Below are positions 8,975-15,913 of a stretch of 56,848 bases of DNA, piece by piece. This stretch comes from Minisyncoccota bacterium. Lineage in GTDB: Bacteria > Patescibacteriota > Minisyncoccia > UBA6257 > 02-FULL-45-10c. The stretch covers positions 1 through 56,848 of the forward strand of contig JAQUPE010000004.1 of assembly GCA_028716745.1 (NCBI GenBank). Reading direction: 5' to 3'. The notes under the pieces are model-generated. The model had not been told where the DNA came from, did not search any database, and saw nothing but the letters and a program-made list of their open reading frames with translations. Positions within the stretch are counted from its first letter, which is position 1; each line of letters begins with the position of its first letter. Made by a program: the position numbers and the translations under genes.

Positions 8975-9247
8975 ATGTACTACGTTTATTTAATTCAATG
9001 TAAGGATAGGAGTATCTATACCGGCATCACAACTGATTTAAAAAGGCGTTTTCAAGAACATATTAATAAAATAGGCAGCCGCTATATTCGTGCGCATAAG
9101 GTAGATAAAATTTTATATTCCGAAAAGCATTCTACACGTAGTGGCGCCCTAAAAAGAGAGGCAGAGATAAAGAGCTGGCCTCGCGAAAAGAAGCTGAAGC
9201 TGGTGAATTCAAGCGGTTTGACTAGCCGTTCCAAATCTCTGATATAA
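8975..9247 (+). CDS. Small GIY-YIG nuclease (UPF0213/YazA-like)
   Basis: YYVYLIQC..SIYTGITTDLKRRFQEH; ALKREAEIKSWPREKK. Confidence 0.92.
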   Translation: MYYVYLIQCKDRSIYTGITTDLKRRFQEHINKIGSRYIRAHKVDKILYSEKHSTRSGALKREAEIKSWPREKKLKLVNSSGLTSRSKSLI

Positions 9248-9255
9248 TAATATTT

Positions 9256-10146
9256 ATGAAATATATAAAACTAATATTGGTTATATGTGCAGTCGGTTTT
9301 TCAGGTCTGGCTTTTTTGCCTGCCAAATCGGAAATAGTAGATACGCGTTCGGAAATTCATGTAACCAAAGACGGAAAAGTGACGGTGGAAAATGCGAAAA
9401 TAACCCATCTTATTGGTACCACATATTTTGCCAAGCCGGTTTGGGGAGGAGTATCTATTCGTTTGATAATCAAAACAAACGAAAATACTAAAATTATTAA
9501 TGCTTATGGAGAAAAATTAAGTTTGGCCGATTTGAAAGTAGACGATTATTTGAGGGTTGAGGGAGAGCTGGAATCTTCCGAAACTAACTTCATGGTGATA
9601 GCAAAGGAAATAAAGAATTTATCCATAAGAAAGAAAACAATAACTTTTTCCGGCAGGGTTGGCGGATTTGCGACTTCTACCGGCAATACTTTTTTTCTTA
9701 CTACTCCTAAAGACGGCACTGTTGCGGTAAATGCTTCTTTTGCGGAGGAATTTAAAAAAGGATCATTAAGTATTACAACCTCCCGATTAAATATAGGAGA
9801 TAAGGTTACAAGCGTTAGCGGTACGATGGATTACCCGACCAATACCCTGATGGCACAAAAAATAAAAGTTTATGCCGATATGAATGTTTTTAAACCGAAA
9901 AACTTTCAAGGAATTCTAAAAGAAATTTCAGGAAATAGTTTGCCATTAACCATGGTATTGGAAATAAGCGGCAAAACTTATACGGTCAAAGTGCCGGAAA
10001 CAGCTAAAATTTTGAATAACAAAAGAGGAGCTGCTCAGCTTGGACGTTTTGTGGTCGGCGATACAGTACGCGTTTACGGGGCTATTCAAGAAATAGATCC
10101 TTCAGTAATAGACGGCGTAACGGTGGTAAGAAATACAAGCATTTAA
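9256..10146 (+). CDS. Exported protein with repeated OB-fold-like (DUF5666-like) units
   Basis: Signal peptide; three repeats of L..GD.V.V.G type (LKVDDYLRVEG, LNIGDKVTSVSG, FVVGDTVRVYG). Confidence 0.55.
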   Translation: MKYIKLILVICAVGFSGLAFLPAKSEIVDTRSEIHVTKDGKVTVENAKITHLIGTTYFAKPVWGGVSIRLIIKTNENTKIINAYGEKLSLADLKVDDYLRVEGELESSETNFMVIAKEIKNLSIRKKTITFSGRVGGFATSTGNTFFLTTPKDGTVAVNASFAEEFKKGSLSITTSRLNIGDKVTSVSGTMDYPTNTLMAQKIKVYADMNVFKPKNFQGILKEISGNSLPLTMVLEISGKTYTVKVPETAKILNNKRGAAQLGRFVVGDTVRVYGAIQEIDPSVIDGVTVVRNTSI

Positions 10147-10614
10147 ATGGAGGGACCAAGAAAAGATTTTATATCCTGGGACGAATGCTTTATGCGCATG
10201 GCATATCTTATCGCTGAGCGTTCCAAGGATCCTTCCACGCAAAACGGCGCTGTCATTGTTGATGAGAGCAATGTTGTTTTAGGAATGGGCTACAATGGAT
10301 TTCCGCGCGGAATAGATAACGATAAATTTCCTTGGGATAGAGAAGGGGATTTTTTGAATGTTAAATACTCTTACGTCTGCCATGCGGAGGAAAATGCGAT
10401 TTATAATGCCAGCAAAGAAATAAAAGGATGCAAATTATATACAGGGCTTTTTCCGTGCAACGAATGCGCTAAAGCGATAATCCAAAAAGGAATAGTTGAG
10501 GTGATTTATGATAGTGATAAATATCACGACCTTGATTTAGCTGTGGCTGCCAGAAAATTATTTGATGCTGCCGGAATAAAGTGCAGGCAATACAGCGTTA
10601 AAAATTCTAAATAA
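10147..10614 (+). CDS. dCMP deaminase
   Basis: SWDECFM, RSKDPSTQNGA, GYNGFPRG, HAEENA, PCNEC zinc motifs. Confidence 0.93.
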   Translation: MEGPRKDFISWDECFMRMAYLIAERSKDPSTQNGAVIVDESNVVLGMGYNGFPRGIDNDKFPWDREGDFLNVKYSYVCHAEENAIYNASKEIKGCKLYTGLFPCNECAKAIIQKGIVEVIYDSDKYHDLDLAVAARKLFDAAGIKCRQYSVKNSK

Positions 10615-10751
10615 AAATCCTCCGCAAATCGGAGATTTTTTTGCAGTTATTATTGACCTTTGTGCTTGCTTGTTATAGATTAATAGCGTTCTTTTTGACA
10701 TTAATAAATAGAAGATGGAAAAAATCTCAATATTTCCAAAAGGAGGCAGTT

Positions 10752-11660
10752 ATGAGAGGGGGAAACATTCCCGTACTTATGGTGCAGGGGAGAACCTTGC
10801 CGGAAGTGTGGGAAAAGTCGTTGACGGAGACGTGGAATAAGGGCGTGCCGGTGAAAACCCAGTACGACCAGCCCACTGATCCGCCGAGCAGAGACGTGAG
10901 CATGGTGCTCGTGATCGAGGAGCCGTTCGCAGAGCCGAGAATTCACAAGAGCTTTCCGGGAGGACTGGAAAATCTTGAGATCTATCGGCAAGAAGTCGTT
11001 GAGGGCGTGCATGACTACTGGATTAATCCCGAAGAGGGAAAGTGGACATACACCTACCATCAGCGGCTGTTCAACTACCTGGCGTCCATCCGGGGCGACA
11101 AAAACAAAGTTCTGAATTTGCTCACTCCGGAAAAAACTCCCGTGAATGCCGTGAACCAGATCCAGTTCATCATCGACAGCCTGGCGAAGTCTCCGTTTTC
11201 CCGCCGCGCGCAGGGCATAACCTATATGCCTTCGTACGATCAGGGAACGGAAGATCCGCCTTGCCTGCAGAGAGTATGGTGCCGGATAGTTTACGGAGAG
11301 AACGGCGAGTGGGTGCTGAACATGAACACGCACTGGCGTTCACGCGACGCTTTCAAAGCGGCGTTCATGAACATCTTCGCGCTGACTGATCTCCAGAGAT
11401 ACATCGCGGAAGAAGTTTCCAAAAAAGCGGGCAGGCCGGTGAAAATCGGCAGGTACGCGGATATGATAGATTCCTATCATGTCTACGGAAGCTACTTCAA
11501 GGATTTCGAGGGTTTTCTCGAGTCCGTGGCGAAAAGATCTTTCGAGAGCAGGCTGTGGGATTCAAACGAAGAGATGGTCCAGGGCGCCTTCGAGGAAGGC
11601 AAGGCGATTCTCGCTAACGAGAAAGCCACTGGCCAAAAAGGAATGGCCAGTTCCAAATAG
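10752..11660 (+). CDS. thyA: Thymidylate synthase, short archaeal-like ThyA type
   Basis: YTYHQRL, SRRAQ, PPCL catalytic Cys, WRSRD, AAFMN, SYHVYG; start reset to ATG 10752 after AGGAGG (10741); GC-richer than flanks. Confidence 0.8.
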   Translation: MRGGNIPVLMVQGRTLPEVWEKSLTETWNKGVPVKTQYDQPTDPPSRDVSMVLVIEEPFAEPRIHKSFPGGLENLEIYRQEVVEGVHDYWINPEEGKWTYTYHQRLFNYLASIRGDKNKVLNLLTPEKTPVNAVNQIQFIIDSLAKSPFSRRAQGITYMPSYDQGTEDPPCLQRVWCRIVYGENGEWVLNMNTHWRSRDAFKAAFMNIFALTDLQRYIAEEVSKKAGRPVKIGRYADMIDSYHVYGSYFKDFEGFLESVAKRSFESRLWDSNEEMVQGAFEEGKAILANEKATGQKGMASSK

Positions 11661-11691
11661 CAGATAACATAAGCACATAGCCCAACCGGGC

Positions 11692-11716
11692 AACCCGATG
11701 AAAGTCGGGTTTTTTT
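11692..11716 (+). terminator. Intrinsic terminator
   Basis: AACCCGA-tgaaag-TCGGGTT plus T run. Confidence 0.75.
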
Positions 11717-11776
11717 ATACAAAAATAAAAATAAATTTTTCTTGCTCCGAATTCGTTGCGGGAGTAATATTTCAAT

Positions 11777-12772
11777 ATGGATTTTATACAGTTTAAGAAA
11801 TTTTTTGAGACAGAGCCGAAATACCGTTTAGGGCAGGCCCAGACAGGCCTTTTTAGGGAGTTAATAGGAGATTGGCAGGAAACAAAATCTTTACCGGCGG
11901 TTCTTAAGGAAGAATTGAATAAAAAATTTCCGATTGGAATATTGGCGGAAACTTTTGAGTCTAAAGACGACAATACGCTAAAGGCTCTTATAACTTTGGA
12001 AGACGGCCTGAAAATTGAAACGGTTTTGATGCGCCACAGCGACAAAAGAAATACCATCTGCGTTTCTTCCCAGTTTGGATGTGCCATGAATTGCGCTTTT
12101 TGTGCTACGGGGAAAATGGGATTTAAAAGAAATCTTACGGTTTGGGAAATAGTTGAGCAGGTTTTATTTTTTGCCCGCCATCTTAAAAAGTTTGAAGAAA
12201 GAGTTTCGGGCATTGTTTTTATGGGAATGGGCGAGCCATTTTTAAATTACGAAAATGTAATGGGAGCGATAAGGGTTTTAAACGACAAGGATGGATTTAA
12301 TTTGGGGGCAAGACATATCTCAATTTCAACAGCCGGAATTATTGAAGGAATTGAAAAATTGGCCGAAGAAAAATTGCAGGTAAATTTAGCTATTTCTCTC
12401 CACGCGCCGGACAATGAACTTCGTTCAAAATTAATGCCAATCAACAAAAATTATTCATTAGAAAAAGTTTTAAAAGCGGTAAATGATTACGTTCAAAAAA
12501 CCAAGCGAAAAGTAATGTTTGAATATGTAATGATACGGGATGTAAATGATTCCGAGGAGCAGGCCGAGGCATTGGCAAAACTTATGAAAAATTATTTATA
12601 TTTTATTAATTTAATTTCCTATAATCCTACGGGAATATTTAAACCGTCTTCTTCGGAGCAGATAAAAATATTTAAGGAGATTTTAGAAAAAAGAGGAGTG
12701 GCGGTTACCCAAAGGCATCGTTTCGGCCAGGATATTGAAGGCGCTTGCGGCCAGCTGGCGGGCAAAGAATAG
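11777..12772 (+). CDS. rlmN: 23S rRNA m2A2503 / tRNA methyltransferase RlmN
   Basis: CVSSQFGCAMNCAFC, FMGMGEP, SLHAP, GACGQL. Confidence 0.95.
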   Translation: MDFIQFKKFFETEPKYRLGQAQTGLFRELIGDWQETKSLPAVLKEELNKKFPIGILAETFESKDDNTLKALITLEDGLKIETVLMRHSDKRNTICVSSQFGCAMNCAFCATGKMGFKRNLTVWEIVEQVLFFARHLKKFEERVSGIVFMGMGEPFLNYENVMGAIRVLNDKDGFNLGARHISISTAGIIEGIEKLAEEKLQVNLAISLHAPDNELRSKLMPINKNYSLEKVLKAVNDYVQKTKRKVMFEYVMIRDVNDSEEQAEALAKLMKNYLYFINLISYNPTGIFKPSSSEQIKIFKEILEKRGVAVTQRHRFGQDIEGACGQLAGKE

Positions 12773-12819
12773 ATATAAAAATCTCTCTAAATAAGAGATT
12801 TTTTGTTATAAAAAATGTT

Positions 12820-12848
12820 TTGACAAAACGTGAAAAATCTGTTATTAT
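12820..12848 (+). promoter_or_regulatory. sigma70 promoter (extended -10) of the RNAP-like gene
   Basis: TTGACA-17 bp-TATTAT with TGn; SD AGGAGG at 12918-12923. Confidence 0.7.
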
Positions 12849-12927
12849 ATTAACAGTTTTTTGTAATAAATCTCTGGGAAACCAGAGCCAATAAAATTAA
12901 ATCCTGCGAAGGCAGGTAGGAGGCAGT

Positions 12928-15360
12928 ATGAAGTTAGATTCAAGGGCAAAACTGTTTGTTGCCCGAGCAAACGCGGAATTGCTAAAGCGATATCCCGTGC
13001 TCGTGGGCGACGCAGTGGTAGTTTCCAGTGCGCTGGTTAAAAGCGACTGGTTAACATCGGTTTCGGTGGAACAATTTGAGGTAACGTTTTGCGATTTAAA
13101 AAACGGAACCGAAGAATTGGGTCTGCCGGACGGCATCCCGTTCGAAGAATTTGCGCAGTTGAAAGACTGTGTTATTCCGGCGGGCGCGTCTGTAAAACAG
13201 GGAGATATCCTTGTTGCGAGAGTTGTCCCCAACTCCAATCACTTAATGAATATGGAGGAGAGGCTGCTGGTCGCGATTTTCGGGAAGAAGGCGGAGTCAA
13301 TGAGGGATGGATCGCTGGTTTATCCCTTGCGGGATCCGGGAGTTGTGACGCGAGTAAAAGTGATGGCGAGATATAACTATCACTGCTCTGGCTGCAACGG
13401 AAATTTTCTTTCCGCAAGTCCTCAGACGAAATGCAAGCTATGCGGAAACAAAAAAATCCGCGACGAAAGAGGGAAAAACGAGCTGGCCATCACCGAAAAC
13501 CTGAAGATTCAGGTAGAAGTTCTCGTCAGAAGGGAACTGAAAATCGGCGATGTGCTATCGGACGACTACGGACACAAGTTCGTTGTCGCGTGCATTGAAG
13601 ACGAGTACAAGATGCCGCGCTTTAACGGGAAAGAAGTTTCCGTAATTGCGCGCCTCGACACTCTGAACTTCATGATGCATGAGAACGGATTTTTCTCGGC
13701 AATGTCCGATTCTGGACGGCGAAAGAAGCTGGCGGGAAAATCCTGCGGCGATTTTGTAAAGCTGCAGAAAAATACCCGCAGGTCCGAAGAAAAGTTCATC
13801 GCTCGCGGCACGGGGGCAAGCAATATTTTTGATATGCCCTTGGCAGTGGAAGAAGCCAGGCCGCCTCAGAAGTTAAATCTTGCGAAAGTCCTGGCGATGT
13901 TCAAGCTGGGCTATCGTCAGAATTTGCGGGAAGCGCTTTTTCACAAGGCAGATGACGGCGTAAGCAGAAAACAGTCTTACGAGAATCTGATAAGGGGAAA
14001 TGCCGTTTCCGGCAAGACGAACGAGGCGCTGAGCGTTCTCCGTTTATTTTCGCTTTTGAAATCTTGCTGCATGAATGCAAAAGCCGAAAATGGCGAAATC
14101 AAATTTTCCCTCGCAAGGACAGACCAGATTTTAAAATGGTCTTATGGCGAGGTGAAAAATCCTGACACGCTGGACTACCGCACCTACAAGCCGGAACGCC
14201 ATGGCTTGCTGTGCGAAAGTATTTTCGGTCCGATGCGTGATATGGAATGCAGCTGCGGCAGGTACAAATTCGCGCGCCACAAAGGGATCGTTTGCGATCG
14301 GTGCGGCGTCGAAATCGTCGAATCAAAAGTTCGGCGCGAACGTTTTGGGCATATAGTATTGCCCAAGCCGATCGTTCATCCGTGGCTCGCTGAAGAACTG
14401 GCCAAAAGGCTGGGAATAGCCGAGGAACGTTTTCTCTCGCTGATGATTTTGGAGCAGGGAGACACATTGATGAAAATATTGAAGGAGCAGAAGATTAATC
14501 CTTCAGAATATTTTATCGATGTTCTGCCCGTGCTTCCAGCCGATCTTCGCCCGTTATTTCCGATCGAGGGTGGCAGGTTTGCCACAGCCGATCTGAATGA
14601 TTTATACAGGCGAGTGATTAACAGAGTGTTGGTATTGAAGCGTTGCGTGGATTTGAAGGCGCCTATGATCATGAAGGAAAACGAATATAGGCTGCTTTAT
14701 AATTGCGTTGCGCATCTTTTCGACAATTCTGGCGAGGGCTGTGTTACAGGAGAGGGAAATCGCCGGCTGAAAAGCATCACTGACGAACTGGCCGACATTA
14801 CGGAGACCATGTTTTCAAAGCGAGTGAATTTTTCGGCAAGGGGAATTGCAATTCCGGATCCGACGGTGGAAAAAGGCAAAGTTAAACTGCCTTACCGTAT
14901 GGCTCTGGAGTTGTTTGCCCCAAAGGTCATAGCTCAGTCAGTTTTTCTCGGTTCAACCATTACGAAGGTAAAGCAGGCCATTCTGCGGAAACCTTTTGAT
15001 GAGAAAATCGTGAAGGCTGCAGAGCAGGCGATCGACGGACATCCCGTGCTTTTAATCACGGACCAGAACAATATCGGCGGTTTTCTGCCTGTAATTTCTG
15101 ACAACAAGGAAGATGAAGCAATTCGTCTGCATCCCGAAGATGCGGCGAAGCTGAAAATCAACTTTGTCGGTCAGAAACCGGTGCAGATCCACGTGCCGTT
15201 ATCCGAGGAGGCTAAAAAGGAGGCAATAAATCCTCTCGGAGCGGAACAGAAAGACATGATGCCCTTCTCCTTGGACAGGAAAGGGATAGTAGAGCATTTA
15301 TTGGCTCGGACATCGGTCAAGCTGACCGACCTGGACAAGATCGCGCTGGGTATATCCTAA
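12928..15360 (+). CDS. Fused, truncated RNA polymerase beta(C-term)-beta'(N-term) homolog, predicted catalytically dead
   Basis: RpoB-like: GDILVARV, EERLLVAIFGKK, RRELKIGD, HKADD..SRKQSYENLIRG. RpoC-like: WSYGEVK, KPERHGLLCESIFGP, CSCGRYK..VCDRCGVE, RRERFGHI, GGRFATADLNDLYRRVINR, KRVNFSAR, HPVLL, HVPLSEEA. NADFDGD position reads KINFVGQ. Confidence 0.92.
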   Translation: MKLDSRAKLFVARANAELLKRYPVLVGDAVVVSSALVKSDWLTSVSVEQFEVTFCDLKNGTEELGLPDGIPFEEFAQLKDCVIPAGASVKQGDILVARVVPNSNHLMNMEERLLVAIFGKKAESMRDGSLVYPLRDPGVVTRVKVMARYNYHCSGCNGNFLSASPQTKCKLCGNKKIRDERGKNELAITENLKIQVEVLVRRELKIGDVLSDDYGHKFVVACIEDEYKMPRFNGKEVSVIARLDTLNFMMHENGFFSAMSDSGRRKKLAGKSCGDFVKLQKNTRRSEEKFIARGTGASNIFDMPLAVEEARPPQKLNLAKVLAMFKLGYRQNLREALFHKADDGVSRKQSYENLIRGNAVSGKTNEALSVLRLFSLLKSCCMNAKAENGEIKFSLARTDQILKWSYGEVKNPDTLDYRTYKPERHGLLCESIFGPMRDMECSCGRYKFARHKGIVCDRCGVEIVESKVRRERFGHIVLPKPIVHPWLAEELAKRLGIAEERFLSLMILEQGDTLMKILKEQKINPSEYFIDVLPVLPADLRPLFPIEGGRFATADLNDLYRRVINRVLVLKRCVDLKAPMIMKENEYRLLYNCVAHLFDNSGEGCVTGEGNRRLKSITDELADITETMFSKRVNFSARGIAIPDPTVEKGKVKLPYRMALELFAPKVIAQSVFLGSTITKVKQAILRKPFDEKIVKAAEQAIDGHPVLLITDQNNIGGFLPVISDNKEDEAIRLHPEDAAKLKINFVGQKPVQIHVPLSEEAKKEAINPLGAEQKDMMPFSLDRKGIVEHLLARTSVKLTDLDKIALGIS

Positions 15361-15365
15361 GCGTT

Positions 15366-15408
15366 GCCGGTTGGAGGAGGGAGTAATCTCTTCCAGCCGG
15401 CTTTTTTT
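15366..15408 (+). terminator. Intrinsic terminator
   Basis: GCCGGTTGGA...TCCAGCCGGC long stem plus T7. Confidence 0.8.
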
Positions 15409-15435
15409 ATTTAACTAATATGATAGAGTTTATTT

Positions 15436-15888
15436 ATGAGTTTAAGATTTATTTGGAATAATAGTTATAGCGTTAATGTAAAAATTATTGATGAACAGCA
15501 CGTGGCTTTTTTAGATATCGTCAATCATATATTTGATTTACTGGATACGGAAAGTTTATTGTCGGCAGAGCAGACAGAGGAAGCTCAAAAAGAAAAATTA
15601 TTAGCAGCTATTTCTGAGTTGCACAATTATTCTTTTTTTCACCTTACTACCGAAGAAGGATTTTTTCAGCAATTTAACTATGAAAATACAAAGGAACATA
15701 TGGAGGCGCATGATCTTTTCAGAAAAAGAGTTTCAAATTATATGGAGGCCTCAAAAAGGCCGGATATAGATATTAAGGTAGTGGCTAATGATATGGCTAA
15801 TTTTTCCCGAGAATGGCTGACTAATCATATTCTTACGGAAGACAAAAAATATACCAAGTGCTTCAACGATCACGGATTGAATTATTAA
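15436..15888 (+). CDS. Bacteriohemerythrin
   Basis: WNNSYSVNV.IIDEQH, HLTTEE, HMEAH, WLTNHILTEDKKY: full iron-ligand set. Confidence 0.92.
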   Translation: MSLRFIWNNSYSVNVKIIDEQHVAFLDIVNHIFDLLDTESLLSAEQTEEAQKEKLLAAISELHNYSFFHLTTEEGFFQQFNYENTKEHMEAHDLFRKRVSNYMEASKRPDIDIKVVANDMANFSREWLTNHILTEDKKYTKCFNDHGLNY

Positions 15889-15913
15889 AAAATCGCTCTA
15901 GGAGCGATTTTTT
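15887..15913. terminator. Bidirectional terminator
   Basis: AAAAAATCGCTC-tag-GAGCGATTTTTT between convergent genes. Confidence 0.75.

Noticed and set aside
10641-10751. Upstream extensions in ORF calls (also 4728, 26509, 26495, 27318, 41074)
   Set aside because: They run through promoter or terminator DNA; downstream ATGs fit the SD or -10 position and family N-termini better.
12928-15360. The cell's real rpoB/rpoC, or a simple pseudogene
   Set aside because: It is too short, lacks catalytic residues and has no ribosomal-protein context. An uninterrupted 810-codon frame with clean deletions, a promoter, SD and terminator argues against random decay, though read-level misassembly was not testable.
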